Positions 9,481 through 20,070 of a DNA stretch of 64,000 nucleotides are shown one piece after another. The stretch is from Arenicellales bacterium. GTDB lineage: Bacteria > Pseudomonadota > Gammaproteobacteria > Arenicellales > CBDCFT01. The notes under the pieces are model-generated. The model was not told the DNA's origin, ran no database searches, and saw only the letters and a program-made list of their open reading frames with translations. The position numbers and the translations under genes were made by a program. The stretch spans positions 629,628 through 693,627 of the forward strand of contig OZ244198.1 in the NCBI GenBank assembly GCA_965216735.1, in the 5' to 3' direction. How positions within the stretch are numbered: position 1 is the stretch's first letter; the number at the start of each line of letters is the position of its first letter.

Positions 9481-9534
9481 GGGAGACCCCACCAAACCGA
9501 ACACTGACAACTAAAAACTCATAACTAACTACTT

Positions 9535-12500
9535 ATGTCTAACAGACAATACCGAATTGCCGCTCTCCGACAAGCCCTGTCCCAACGTATCCTGGTGTTG
9601 GATGGCGCCATGGGTACCATGATTCAGGCACTAAAATTTTCCGAAGACGATTTTCGCGGCGAACATTTCAAAGATCATAGCCATGAATTGCGTGGCAACA
9701 ATGATTTATTGAGTCTGACACAACCGCAAGCCATACAAAATATCCATGCAGCGTTTTTACAAGCGGGTGCGGATATTCTCGAGACCAATACGTTTAACTC
9801 GAACTCAATTTCGCAGGCTGACTATGGTCTCGAAGATGTTGTCTTTGAATTGAACTACGAATCGGCGCGTTTGGCGCGTGCGGCGGCGGACGAATACACT
9901 ACTAATGATAGACCACGTTGGGTGGCGGGTGTGTTGGGTCCGACGAATAAAACCGCTTCTATCTCGCCCGATGTCAACGATCCGGGTTATCGGAACGTTA
10001 CTTTCGATAAACTACGTGAAGTCTATACACAAGCCTTGCATGGCCTGATTGAAGGCGGTGTGGATATTGTTTTGGTAGAAACTGTATTCGACACTTTGAA
10101 TGCGAAAGCTGCTTTATATGCAGTAGACGAGTATTTCGAAGCCAATAATATTCACCTGCCCGTCGTCGTATCCGGCACCATTACCGACCAGAGTGGCCGC
10201 ACCTTGTCGGGACAAACCACCGAAGCCTTTTGGTATTCGGTACGGCATACACAACCCATTGCCGTTGGACTGAACTGCGCATTGGGCGCAAAGGATTTAC
10301 GTCAATATGTCGATGCACTCGCTGCTGTCGCGGATACCAATGTCAGTGTGCATCCCAATGCGGGTTTACCCAATGAAATGGGTGAATACGACGACACCCC
10401 GGAACACATGGCGCAGGTGTTGGGCGAATTTGCCGCCTCTGGTCTAGTGAATATTGTAGGTGGGTGTTGCGGTACGACACCAGAACATATTTCCGCGATC
10501 TCCCATGCGGTAGGCCAATACCCGCCACGAAAAATTCCTGAATTGGAACACGCTTGCCGTTTGTCCGGTCTTGAGCCCTGTACTATTGATCAAGACACTC
10601 TATTCGTGAATATAGGCGAACGCACCAACGTGACCGGTTCCATAAAATTCGCTAAGTTGATTGCGGACGAAGACTACGATACGGCGATCGGTATCGCGCG
10701 TGAACAAGTCGAAAATAGCGCCCAAATCATCGATATCAACATGGATGAAGGCATGCTGGACTCCGAGGCCGCCATGCAACGGTTTTTAAATTTAATCGCA
10801 GGCGAACCGGACATCAGTCGTGTGCCGATTATGATCGATTCATCTAAATGGTCGGTGATCGAGGCTGGGCTCAAGTGTGTTCAGGGCAAGGGTTTTGTTA
10901 ATTCGATTAGCTTGAAAGAAGGGGAAACGGCCTTTATTGAACAAGCTCGGAAAGTGCGCCGTTATGGTGCCGGTGTTGTTGTCATGGCATTCGATGAACA
11001 AGGACAGGCGGAGACCACCGCGCGCAAAGTCGAGATATGTGAACGCGCTTATAAAATTTTAACTAAAGTCGTCGGTTTTCCGGCGGAAGACATTGTTTTC
11101 GATCCCAATATCTTTGCTGTGGCAACCGGCATCGATGTGCACAATGACTATGCCAAGGCCTTTATCGAGGCTACCGGTGAAATTAAGCAACGTATGCCAC
11201 AGGTAAAAGTATCCGGCGGCGTGTCCAATTTGTCATTTTCATTTCGAGGTAATAACGCCTTGCGTGAGGCTATGCACTCCGCGTTTTTGTATCATGCTAT
11301 TAAAGCTGGTTTGGACATGGCCATTGTTAATGCAGGTAAGTTGCCGGTATACGAAGATATTCCGGCCGATATCAAAGAGCGCATAGAAGATGTATTGTTT
11401 AACCGGCGTGCGGATGCAACGGATCGTCTGTTAGAGATTGCGGATTCGGTCAAGGGACAAGCACAGCAACAAAAGACCGATCTCAGTTGGCGCGAACAAA
11501 ATGTTCATGATCGACTCGTCCATGCCCTAGTGCACGGTATTGACGAATTTATCATCGAAGATACGGAAGAGGCGCGCAGCAATTCACAGCGACCATTGCA
11601 TGTCATCGAAGGCCCACTGATGGACGGTATGAATGTGGTGGGCGATTTGTTCGGTGCGGGGAAAATGTTTTTGCCGCAAGTGGTAAAAAGCGCGCGGGTG
11701 ATGAAGAAGGCGGTCGCACATTTGGAACCCTTCATGGAAGCGGAGAAAGAAGGTGGACAACGTGAAAGTGCGGGAAAAGTGGTTTTAGCGACAGCCAAAG
11801 GCGATGTGCACGACATCGGCAAGAATATCGTTGGCGTGGTGCTGCGTTGCAATAACTACGAAGTCATCGATCTGGGTGTGATGGTACCGAGCGCTAAGAT
11901 TCTTGATACCGCTCGTACCGAAGGTGCGGACATTATCGGCGTGTCAGGCTTGATCACGCCGAGTTTGGACGAGATGTGCCACGTCGCCGCGGAGATGGAA
12001 CGCGAAGGATTCGAGTTACCATTGTTGATTGGTGGTGCTACCACTAGCCGGGTGCATACTGCGGTAAAGATCGAACCCAACTACAACGGCCCGGTATTAT
12101 ACGTGCCCGATGCGTCACGTGCGGTGGGTGTTGTGACGGCGTTGGTGGGTGAACAAAGGAGCGATTTGGTGAGTTCCACACGCAACGAATATGAGGGTAT
12201 TCGTATTCAACGCGCGGCACAACGCAAAGATGCGCGCCGGGTGTCACTCGAGGAGGCACGCGCTAATCGGATGCAAATCAATTGGGCCGACTATTCACCA
12301 CCGGTACCGTCGTTCACCGGAGTCAAGACCTTCGATAACTACGATCTTGCAGAGTTGGTGAACTATATCGACTGGACCCCGTTTTTCCGTTCCTGGGACT
12401 TATCCGGAGTCTACCCACGTATTCTGCGAGACGAAAAAGTAGGGGAAGCGGCGCGGCAGTTATTCGACGATGCAAAAAAATTGCTGCAATGTATTGTTGA

Positions 12501-13242
12501 AAGACGATGGTTTGAGGCAAGAGCAGTGATCGGGTTCTGGCCCGCTAACAGCACGGAAAGCGATGACATCAAGATATACAAAAATGACTTGCGTGATGGG
12601 ATGTTGACCGAGTTTCATACCCTACGTCAACAAATGGTACGTGACCGCGGACGGCGTAACCTGGCGTTATCGGACTTCGTTGCGCCGCAGGCGAGTGGGG
12701 TCGTCGATTACATTGGTGGTTTCGCCGTAACGACCGGTTATGGTGTGGATGAAAAAGTCGCGCGATACGAAGCCAAACATGACGATTACACCGCGATCAT
12801 GCTGAAGGCTTTAGCGGATCGTTTGGCCGAAGCGTTCGCCGAACGCATGCACGAACGAGTGCGTAAAGAATTTTGGGCGTACGCTCCCGATGAATCCTTC
12901 GAAAACGAAGCGTTGATCAAGGAATCTTACCAGGGTATTCGTCCGGCACCCGGTTATCCGGCCTGTCCCGATCACACGGAAAAAGGAATTTTGTTCGATC
13001 TGTTGAATGTTGAGCAAACAACCGGTATTTCGCTCACCGAAAGCTTTGCCATGTCACCGGCGGCATCGGTCAGTGGGCTGTATTTCTCGCATCCTGAGAG
13101 CCGTTACTTCGGTGTCAGTAAAGTGGAACAAGATCAGGTGGCAGAATATGCCCAACGCAAGGGTATGACTATCGACGAAGCGGAACGTTGGCTGGCGCCT
13201 GTGTTAGGTTACGATCCGAAACTTAACGTGACTGCGGCTTAG
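9535..13242 (+). CDS. metH: Cobalamin-dependent methionine synthase
   Basis: 1235 aa, full modular length. It has the cobalamin-binding DxHxxG motif ([11 protein letters not shown]), and the N-terminal Hcy/pterin modules and C-terminal activation domain are collinear with MetH. Confidence 0.95.
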   Translation: MSNRQYRIAALRQALSQRILVLDGAMGTMIQALKFSEDDFRGEHFKDHSHELRGNNDLLSLTQPQAIQNIHAAFLQAGADILETNTFNSNSISQADYGLEDVVFELNYESARLARAAADEYTTNDRPRWVAGVLGPTNKTASISPDVNDPGYRNVTFDKLREVYTQALHGLIEGGVDIVLVETVFDTLNAKAALYAVDEYFEANNIHLPVVVSGTITDQSGRTLSGQTTEAFWYSVRHTQPIAVGLNCALGAKDLRQYVDALAAVADTNVSVHPNAGLPNEMGEYDDTPEHMAQVLGEFAASGLVNIVGGCCGTTPEHISAISHAVGQYPPRKIPELEHACRLSGLEPCTIDQDTLFVNIGERTNVTGSIKFAKLIADEDYDTAIGIAREQVENSAQIIDINMDEGMLDSEAAMQRFLNLIAGEPDISRVPIMIDSSKWSVIEAGLKCVQGKGFVNSISLKEGETAFIEQARKVRRYGAGVVVMAFDEQGQAETTARKVEICERAYKILTKVVGFPAEDIVFDPNIFAVATGIDVHNDYAKAFIEATGEIKQRMPQVKVSGGVSNLSFSFRGNNALREAMHSAFLYHAIKAGLDMAIVNAGKLPVYEDIPADIKERIEDVLFNRRADATDRLLEIADSVKGQAQQQKTDLSWREQNVHDRLVHALVHGIDEFIIEDTEEARSNSQRPLHVIEGPLMDGMNVVGDLFGAGKMFLPQVVKSARVMKKAVAHLEPFMEAEKEGGQRESAGKVVLATAKGDVHDIGKNIVGVVLRCNNYEVIDLGVMVPSAKILDTARTEGADIIGVSGLITPSLDEMCHVAAEMEREGFELPLLIGGATTSRVHTAVKIEPNYNGPVLYVPDASRAVGVVTALVGEQRSDLVSSTRNEYEGIRIQRAAQRKDARRVSLEEARANRMQINWADYSPPVPSFTGVKTFDNYDLAELVNYIDWTPFFRSWDLSGVYPRILRDEKVGEAARQLFDDAKKLLQCIVERRWFEARAVIGFWPANSTESDDIKIYKNDLRDGMLTEFHTLRQQMVRDRGRRNLALSDFVAPQASGVVDYIGGFAVTTGYGVDEKVARYEAKHDDYTAIMLKALADRLAEAFAERMHERVRKEFWAYAPDESFENEALIKESYQGIRPAPGYPACPDHTEKGILFDLLNVEQTTGISLTESFAMSPAASVSGLYFSHPESRYFGVSKVEQDQVAEYAQRKGMTIDEAERWLAPVLGYDPKLNVTAA

Positions 13243-13474
13243 CGATCATGCATTTCCTTCCTTAGGTCCGTTTACAGTACTTCCATGTACTACTTCTCGA
13301 TTCTTCACGCCTGCAAGCGGGCTCAGGATAAACTCCGGGAGAAATCTTGCTTTGTTTTCGCTTGACTCGAAACGAATATCAAGAAATTTGTGCTAAGAGT
13401 GCGATTAATAGTTGCACTACTTGCGGTTGGTATTAAGAGCAGTAAGCTGTATTTTCGCGATTAGTAATCAAAAA

Positions 13475-14074
13475 ATGGATACTATGAAAGATCATCATAT
13501 TTATGGTTGCCCCGGTATTTTAAATGCCATTACTACTGAAACCAAAGCGCTGGGTTTTAGTATGGTTTCGGAGCCAAAAACCGGCACGTTTCTCAGGACG
13601 CTGGCTGCATCAAAACCAAACGGTCGATTTCTGGAACTCGGGACAGGAACCGGATTGTCCACCGCATGGATTCTGGACGGAATGGATGACTCGTCGTCAT
13701 TAACATCGGTAGATAATGATAAAGAAGTACAGCGAATTGCATGCAAACATTTGGGCAACGATCCACGCGTTGAGTTTATATGTGAAGATGGTGCGTTATG
13801 GTTAGAGAAAAATCAAAGTAAGCAATTTGATTTTATTTTCGCCGATGCGTGGCCAGGAAAGTTTTCACACCTGGATTTGGCGCTGGATATATTATCCGCC
13901 GGTGGACTTTATATTATTGACGATCTTCTGCCACAAGATAGCTGGCCGGATGGCCATGCGCCAAAAGTACCGAGACTGATTGAGGACTTGGAGAGCAAAA
14001 CTAGTCTAGAATCGGTTTGTATCAACTGGGCATCAGGGTTGATGTTAGTGACAAAAACCAATAAACCTGCGTAG
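13475..14074 (+). CDS. Class I SAM-dependent O-methyltransferase (CCoAOMT-like)
   Basis: LELGTGTGLSTAWIL glycine loop, FDFIFADAW and GGLYIIDD. ATG 13475 is preferred over the TTG at 13412 in the ORF track. Confidence 0.7.
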   Translation: MDTMKDHHIYGCPGILNAITTETKALGFSMVSEPKTGTFLRTLAASKPNGRFLELGTGTGLSTAWILDGMDDSSSLTSVDNDKEVQRIACKHLGNDPRVEFICEDGALWLEKNQSKQFDFIFADAWPGKFSHLDLALDILSAGGLYIIDDLLPQDSWPDGHAPKVPRLIEDLESKTSLESVCINWASGLMLVTKTNKPA

Positions 14075-14096
14075 GGCGCAATATATTGCGCCCTAC
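14071..14096. repeat. Perfect hairpin GTAGGGCGCA-ATATAT-TGCGCCCTAC containing the stop codon of the O-methyltransferase gene
   Basis: Exact 10-bp arms. It starts with the GTAGG of REP family A. No T-run follows, so it is REP-like rather than a classic terminator. Confidence 0.5.
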
Positions 14097-14114
14097 GAGA
14101 TTGATGAAATAGAT

Positions 14115-15107
14115 ATGTCCGACTATTCGATTGTCATCGACGCTCTGCAATATTCCAATTGGGATCGTTCCATATTCGAGCAAATGCGCGAGGGTGGATT
14201 GGACTGCGTGCATGTCACTATCGCTTATCACGAAACCTGTCGCGAGACGCTGATCAATATTGGTCAATGGAACAATCGATTTGAGCAACACGATGACTTG
14301 ATCACGCCGGTGCGCGCCGCGTCGGACGTTCATCGTGCACGGGAGGAGAACAAAACCGGTGTTGTCTTCGGTTTTCAAAATTGTTCGCCTGTTGAAGACG
14401 ACTATATGTTAGTTGAGATCTTCCATACGTTGGGCGTACGCTTTATGCAACTGTCGTATAACAATCAAAGCCTGTTGGCGACAGGTTGTTATGAAGAAAA
14501 TGACCCCGGTATTACGCGGTTTGGTAAGCAAGTGATTCAGGAAATGAATCGCGTAGGTATGGTGATTGACATGTCGCATAGCGCAGAACGGTCGACTCTG
14601 GAGGCAATTGAGTTGTCACAACGTCCCATCGCCATCACTCATGCAAACCCGTCATTCTTTCACGCTGCATTGCGCAACAAATCCGATGCTGTCTTGAAAG
14701 CGCTGGGCGAAAGCAAGGGCATGTTGGGATTAAGTCTTTACCCTTTTCACTTAAAAAATGGCCCACAGTGTACGTTGCAGGATTTTTGTATTATGGTGGA
14801 AAAAACCGCCGAGTTGATGGGTATCGATCGAATCGGCATCGGTTCCGACCTGTGCCAGAATCAACCGGATTCGGTAGTCGAATGGATGCGAACTGGGCGC
14901 TGGAGCAAGCAGGTGGACTTTGGCGAAGGTTCCGCGTCGAACGCGGGTTGGCCTGCGCAACCGCATTGGTTTCAGAACAGTATGCACTACTCAAACATCG
15001 AAACCGGGCTGCGCAATCGCGGATTCACCGAATACGATATCCGCAAAGTGATGGGGCTTAACTGGTTGCGATTTTTTGAATCATCTTTTTTACCTGTCGC
15101 GGCGTAA
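14115..15107 (+). CDS. Membrane/renal dipeptidase family protein (peptidase M19 fold)
   Basis: 330 aa with MVIDMSHSAERSTLEAIELSQRPIAITHANP and RIGIGSDL, typical M19 metal-ligand blocks. There is no signal peptide. Confidence 0.8.
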   Translation: MSDYSIVIDALQYSNWDRSIFEQMREGGLDCVHVTIAYHETCRETLINIGQWNNRFEQHDDLITPVRAASDVHRAREENKTGVVFGFQNCSPVEDDYMLVEIFHTLGVRFMQLSYNNQSLLATGCYEENDPGITRFGKQVIQEMNRVGMVIDMSHSAERSTLEAIELSQRPIAITHANPSFFHAALRNKSDAVLKALGESKGMLGLSLYPFHLKNGPQCTLQDFCIMVEKTAELMGIDRIGIGSDLCQNQPDSVVEWMRTGRWSKQVDFGEGSASNAGWPAQPHWFQNSMHYSNIETGLRNRGFTEYDIRKVMGLNWLRFFESSFLPVAA

Positions 15108-16825
15108 TGTCTGTCCACATTAAAGATTCGAATGAATCTGAAGCCATTGCGGATTTAAGACCGCCATCTAAAGTGATGCGTTTGAAGCGTTTGGGCGCGT
15201 TTCATCAAACGCGAATCAGTTTCGTGCGCAGCTTGATCCGGCAAATGGCGCGCGAGCAATGGCGCATCACGACCGATGTATTTAAGCTGGATGAAAATGG
15301 CTATGGCACGATTGTTTATGCAATCGATACACCCCATGGTCGGTATTCTTTTGTCGTTTTCTCGAATTATCTGGATGCGGCGGACCGGACCGACCGTGTC
15401 ATTGCGGAAAAATGGGATACGACGTTCGCATTGGTCGAAGGGGCGCCGGATGCGACGGAAATCGATCGCCTGCGCGTCAATGTCAATGTCCAGGAAGCCG
15501 GTCGCTTTTGCGTGCGTGATCTGGTCTTAAGCCGGGCGAATAAAAGCGTTCGATTATTTGATTACACGATTGAATGTCTCGCTAAAGGCGAACAACCGGA
15601 CTTGCAAAAGCTGGCGGGTGTCGGTTACCTGATGCGTACGACTGCGGTTTACGGCAACGGCAAGTTTGGGATCGCTGATTTCGGTAGGTTGGATAAAGAC
15701 GGTCCGTTTTGTCAACCGTTCCGCGCGCAGATGTTGGTGGTTTATCTGTCGCGCCACCTGGCTTTCGATTTGGTTGAGTATGTTGCGCGTCGGAGGAATC
15801 CGCAGCAGGCCGTCGCTCTGCATCGCAATGTTAAACGTTTGCTTGGGGTTGGAAATTCGACCGGTCTCGGTATGGCTCCATTCCTTATGAGTCATCCTGG
15901 TTTGATTCACCAATGGTTTTTGTGCCGAGAGACCGCATTAGCACGTGTCCGTGTTATGCCCGCATCACGGCAAGACGTGGCTCGTTTTGGCGAGTTACTG
16001 GAACGGGCGCGGTGTCACTTTAGCGAAATTAAAACCGGCGACCGGATACAACAGCAAAAAAATGAGGAATTGGTCGCTAACATTCAAAGTTTTATCGATT
16101 ACCTGGCGGACAATGCTGAGGCGTATGAAGACCCGGGGCTTTGGAATCGTTTCATTGGCTGGGCCGAACAACACTGCGGTTTGGAGTTCCAGGAGTTATT
16201 GGTCAGCCTGATCATCGAGTTGTATCCACAGCAAGTCGATGATTTGGAGAACTATATGGGAGGCGATGACCGTTTTGAGATCGACCCGCGCATGGATATG
16301 CGCGAACTCAAAGCGGTTATTGAAAAGGAATATACATGGGCGTTGGGCATCGACTACGATTTACCCGACAACAGTCATTATTTCTGGTATGCATCGGAAG
16401 AAAAGGAAGAACCTCGTCTGGGTGAACGTTGTCGAGAACCGGGAGCGGAACTGGAACAACCCTTAGACGTTGGCCGGCGGGTGTCGCGTCTTTATAACGA
16501 GTTAGCGGCAATGACTGGCGCAGAGTTACAACAATCGACTGCGGAGTTTTTGCTACGCCATCCTCGTTATCGAGGTGTTGTAGCACGTGTCCAAACGATT
16601 TGCCGTTTTCCTTATGGCGAGATTCGGGACAATACCATTGCCCGCGATTGCCTGCCCATCGATATTCTACGTTGCAAGCTGGCCACTTTTGGCGCGAGCA
16701 AATTCGACCCGAAATCCGACCGTTGGACCCGCATTACATTATTTCAAGGCGCACCTTTGGCCGACGAGTTGGACCGTGCCGATGCCGACGATTGGGCATT
16801 TCCTTGTATCCCCGGTCAACCGTGA
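15107..16825 (+). CDS. Conserved hypothetical protein, 572 aa, no domain recognised
   Basis: Long uninterrupted ORF whose start overlaps the dipeptidase stop (TAATG), so it is translationally coupled. It appears soluble with no recognisable motif. Confidence 0.6.
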   Translation: MSVHIKDSNESEAIADLRPPSKVMRLKRLGAFHQTRISFVRSLIRQMAREQWRITTDVFKLDENGYGTIVYAIDTPHGRYSFVVFSNYLDAADRTDRVIAEKWDTTFALVEGAPDATEIDRLRVNVNVQEAGRFCVRDLVLSRANKSVRLFDYTIECLAKGEQPDLQKLAGVGYLMRTTAVYGNGKFGIADFGRLDKDGPFCQPFRAQMLVVYLSRHLAFDLVEYVARRRNPQQAVALHRNVKRLLGVGNSTGLGMAPFLMSHPGLIHQWFLCRETALARVRVMPASRQDVARFGELLERARCHFSEIKTGDRIQQQKNEELVANIQSFIDYLADNAEAYEDPGLWNRFIGWAEQHCGLEFQELLVSLIIELYPQQVDDLENYMGGDDRFEIDPRMDMRELKAVIEKEYTWALGIDYDLPDNSHYFWYASEEKEEPRLGERCREPGAELEQPLDVGRRVSRLYNELAAMTGAELQQSTAEFLLRHPRYRGVVARVQTICRFPYGEIRDNTIARDCLPIDILRCKLATFGASKFDPKSDRWTRITLFQGAPLADELDRADADDWAFPCIPGQP

Positions 16826-16837
16826 AGCGAACACCCA

Positions 16838-17551
16838 TTGAAAATATCCCTCAACGAACTACACATCAAATGCCGTAATGCATTTCGTGGATTAGGTTTC
16901 CCCCATGGTGCGGACGAAGAGGGTGCATTCATTATTGCTTGGCTGGAGATTCATCAATTTGAAGGTCTAAAGCTTTTCTCACGCGTTCCAAAATGCCGGA
17001 CAAAGGGGCCTTTTCCCCAGACTATCAGTATTGATGAAAACGGTGTTGTCGATTGTTCTCAATGTTGTGGAATCGCCGTCATTCCCAGTGTATTTGATTT
17101 GGTGCGAAGTAGGGGAAACGAAGATGAAACGAACGAAATTGTAATGAATCATTGTAGTCAGGCGATACTGTTCCTGCCTTTGATACTAAAGTATGCGGAT
17201 TCCAGACACACTTGGCAGTTGGTCGGTACCGACGCGGAGAGTTCAACACATATTACAGTGGATACCGTAAATGGCTGCGTGTCTATGAATTCCAATACAC
17301 GTGAATCCCCTCAATCTGATTGGCAAATCAAACTACAACGGGTCGCAAGTTTGACTTTCGACACAAAAAACGCAAACGAAAAATGGTCGTTCGATAGCTT
17401 ACATCAACAGGAAAAACAAGCTATCGAAAATGGCCTTGAAGTCAATGAGGAACAATGGCACTTAGTTTTGGAAACCGCCAGAAAATCCTTGGTCCCTGCA
17501 AGTGAAGAATCCCGTGTCAAAGGCGCCGGCGGTGGTGACTCGAATGACTGA
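16838..17551 (+). CDS. Hypothetical protein, 237 aa (N-terminus reminiscent of DUF3726-type proteins)
   Basis: TTG start 12 nt after the previous stop. The N-terminus is ISLNELHIKCRNAFRGLGFPHGADEEGAFIIAWLEIHQFEGL. The family assignment is from memory only. Confidence 0.45.
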   Translation: MKISLNELHIKCRNAFRGLGFPHGADEEGAFIIAWLEIHQFEGLKLFSRVPKCRTKGPFPQTISIDENGVVDCSQCCGIAVIPSVFDLVRSRGNEDETNEIVMNHCSQAILFLPLILKYADSRHTWQLVGTDAESSTHITVDTVNGCVSMNSNTRESPQSDWQIKLQRVASLTFDTKNANEKWSFDSLHQQEKQAIENGLEVNEEQWHLVLETARKSLVPASEESRVKGAGGGDSND

Positions 17552-17948
17552 CGTGGAATTGATTAAACTCGCTGTGGAGTTTGTTAACCGTGGTGGTATG
17601 TTTATGCTGGATTCACCCGTTGGTGCCATGGAGTTGCACGGACAAGATTTGTATTTATCAGAATCCGGCGGGTGGTTGGCCATTTATCATCGAGAAGAGC
17701 CATCGGGGGAGGCGCGTAGTCATTTACATTTGAAAACCGGTGTCTTAAAAACAGCACAGATCGTCAAAGAAGAGGAGCAAACACCTTATCTTGGATTTTG
17801 GCAAGACGAAGACAAGGGCGATCCAATTCTTCGCGCTTATTATCCGTCATTCTACGATTGGTCGAACAACAAAGCGTCGATTAAGTTGAATCGTATTTTT
17901 TTCGAGAAATGGGAACAGAAATACGGTTTCGAATTTTTGTTGAAATAA
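17544..17948 (+). CDS. Hypothetical protein, 134 aa
   Basis: ATG 17544 overlaps the stop of the previous gene (ATGACTGA). This is the last gene of the four-gene operon. The ORF track starts earlier, at 17502. Confidence 0.5.
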   Translation: MTDVELIKLAVEFVNRGGMFMLDSPVGAMELHGQDLYLSESGGWLAIYHREEPSGEARSHLHLKTGVLKTAQIVKEEEQTPYLGFWQDEDKGDPILRAYYPSFYDWSNNKASIKLNRIFFEKWEQKYGFEFLLK

Positions 17949-18018
17949 TTGCAATCGAGTTTGGGAAATCGCGTAGGTGAACGTTTCCACGGAACTATCG
18001 GAGTATTAAACACCGTTT

Positions 18019-18086
18019 GTGGGAGATGCACCCCGTGGCGATTAAATCATTAGTGCCAAGTTTATCGCGACGAGGCGTCGCTCCCC
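18019..18086. repeat. REP family A doublet in inverted orientation (REPIN-like)
   Basis: GTGGGAGATGCACCCCGTGGCGA at 18019-18041 and TCGCGACGAGGCGTCGCTCCCC at 18065-18086. Confidence 0.65.
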
Positions 18087-18099
18087 CAAGTCTAGTTGG

Positions 18100-19550
18100 T
18101 CGACCCTGAAGAATTGACAAGTTGTTAAAAATAAAGAGAAAGGATAGTCAATTTGATAAAATAAATTGCAAGAAAATGATCAAATGGATGCAAAAGCTGG
18201 CAAAAGATGAAGCCCAAAAAGCCTGATAATCACCCGGATTTATTTCGCGCTCGCCTATCTCAGATTCTGAATTTATCCCACCCATTATGCCGATTGGCGG
18301 AACATATCGATTGGGATCGGATTGAGCGCGAAGTCGAAGCACTTTACGCCTCTGGTCCCGGTCAACCCCCCTTAGCGACCCGATTAATGGTGGGATTGCA
18401 TTATCTGAAGTACACGTTCAACGAAAGCGACGAGAGCGTGGTTAAGCGTTGGGTGGAGAACCCGTATTGGCAGTACTTTTGTGGTTTTGATCACCTACAG
18501 CACGACCTACCACTGCACCCCACCAGCTTAGTGAAGTGGCGCCAACGGGTGGGCGATAAGCTCGATGTGTTATTGGCCGAAACGATCGACGTGGCGCTGC
18601 GCACCCGTGCGTTAAAATCGACAGCACTCAAGCATGTGAACGTGGATACCACAGTGCAGGAGAAGGCCATTGCATTCCCCACCGATGCGCGGTTGTATCA
18701 CAAGATGCGCAAAACGCTGGTTCGACAGGCGCAGCGACGTGGTATCCGTTTGCGTCAAAGCTATCGGCGGGTGGGTCACAAGGCGTTCATCCTGCAAAGC
18801 CGCTACGCCAATGCTCGTCAGATGAGGCGCGCGGCGAAACAAACCCGCAAACTCAAGACCTATTTGGGCCGCGTGATGCGCGATATTGAGCGTAAATATG
18901 ATAGTGATGATCAGTCCCTGCAACCCCTATTGCTGCAAGCCAAGCGCCTGTTCGATCAACAACGCCATGACACCAATAAGCTGTACAGTGTGCATGAACC
19001 CGATGTGCGGTGTATTGCCAAGGGCAAAGCACACCAACGCTATGAGTTTGGTAACAAAGCGTCGTTGGTCACCACCTCAAAAGGCAATTGGCTGATCGGT
19101 GCACAGTCACTACCGGGCAACCCCTACGATGGTCATACCCTGCAGGCGGCATTACAACAAACACACGCCTTAACGGGCATCACCGCTCAAAACGCCTATT
19201 GTGACCAGGGTTATCGTGGTCATGGCATGAGGGGTAAAACCCGGGTCCACATTGTTGGAAAAATACCCAAACGTGCCAGCGCCAGTGTACGCAAATGGAT
19301 GAAACGACGGGCAGCGATTGAACCGACTATTGGCCATCTTAAATCAGACCACCGGTTGGGGAGAAATTATCTCAAGGGCAATGCCGGTGATCAGGCCAAT
19401 GTCGTGCTCGCAGCAGCCGCTTACAATCTAGCCAAGCTGTTGGCTTGGTTTTATTGTGCCTGCGAAAAGTACTTGTCGACAGATGAAAAAATTAACAGAT
19501 TGCGATTGCAGACTCTATTCATCGCAAATTAGTGAATACTTCAGGGACGA
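18100..19550 (+). mobile_element. IS5-family insertion sequence, 1451 bp, flanked by direct repeat CTAGTTGG
   Basis: Terminal inverted repeats are TCGACCCTGAAGAATT (left) and the reverse complement TCGTCCCTGAAGTATT (right). CTAGTTGG occurs at 18092-18099 and 19551-19558, so the exact TSD length is ambiguous at 6-8 bp. Confidence 0.8.
18207..19532 (+). CDS. IS5-family DDE transposase
   Basis: 441 aa with an N-terminal DUF772-like region (DLFRARLSQILNLSHPLCRLAEHIDW, LMVGLHYLKYTFNESDE) and a DDE domain (VDTTVQEKAIAFPTDA, YCDQGYRG, RAAIEPTIGHLK). Confidence 0.9.
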   Translation: MKPKKPDNHPDLFRARLSQILNLSHPLCRLAEHIDWDRIEREVEALYASGPGQPPLATRLMVGLHYLKYTFNESDESVVKRWVENPYWQYFCGFDHLQHDLPLHPTSLVKWRQRVGDKLDVLLAETIDVALRTRALKSTALKHVNVDTTVQEKAIAFPTDARLYHKMRKTLVRQAQRRGIRLRQSYRRVGHKAFILQSRYANARQMRRAAKQTRKLKTYLGRVMRDIERKYDSDDQSLQPLLLQAKRLFDQQRHDTNKLYSVHEPDVRCIAKGKAHQRYEFGNKASLVTTSKGNWLIGAQSLPGNPYDGHTLQAALQQTHALTGITAQNAYCDQGYRGHGMRGKTRVHIVGKIPKRASASVRKWMKRRAAIEPTIGHLKSDHRLGRNYLKGNAGDQANVVLAAAAYNLAKLLAWFYCACEKYLSTDEKINRLRLQTLFIAN

Positions 19551-19749
19551 CTAGTTGGCTTCTCGATGTCGGCCGTTTCAAACGAATTCGGATTCATCAG
19601 TCTTTGTATTGGTTCGTCGGTGATTAGCTTCTAAAAAGTAGCGTGTTGTAATACTTGGCGTCGCGTTTGTCGCGACAACGAGTGTTTTTGTTGTCTTGAC
19701 GTTTGACTTCCTTAGACTCGCAGTCTCCATAAATCAATAGGAGACAGTC

Positions 19750-20067
19750 ATGAAAAAAACTATTTGCGTTATTGCCGGCACCTTGTTGTTGGGTTTCGGT
19801 GGGCCACAAGCGTTTGCGGGCGGACCCGCTGAAACATTGAGCCAAGGCGCAGAGCATTCGGTTAATGCCGTTGCACATTCCGGAGGTGCCAGCGTACAAG
19901 CAGCCGCTGCCGTCGTGTCCTTACCGTTTTTAGCGGTGGCAAAAGCGCCCACCTTTAGCGGCCAAATTGGTGAATCCTTATGGGAATTTTCCAGCGAACC
20001 CTTACCGTTGGCTGCAGAACCTATTACGACGGGTCCGGCGCCGAATGTTGCGCTATTTGAGGAGTAG
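19750..20067 (+). CDS. Small secreted hypothetical protein
   Basis: 105 aa with signal peptide MKKTICVIAGTLLLGFGGPQAFA and an AGGAGA RBS 6 nt upstream. It ends 3 nt before the next gene. Confidence 0.5.
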   Translation: MKKTICVIAGTLLLGFGGPQAFAGGPAETLSQGAEHSVNAVAHSGGASVQAAAAVVSLPFLAVAKAPTFSGQIGESLWEFSSEPLPLAAEPITTGPAPNVALFEE

Positions 20068-20070
20068 AAA

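Noticed and set aside
9265-9510. 81-aa ORF in the metF-metH intergenic region.
   Set aside because: It is composed of REP family A and B copies read through (VITSEAKQSH, ASKLAPTAY). It is a typical REP-derived pseudo-ORF.
9195-9534. Possible cobalamin or SAH riboswitch in the 340-nt leader of metH.
   Set aside because: I found no B12-box-like sequence and no SAH-riboswitch-like conserved core. The region is fully accounted for by REP copies. metH is cobalamin-dependent, and a SahR-type protein regulator is encoded nearby.
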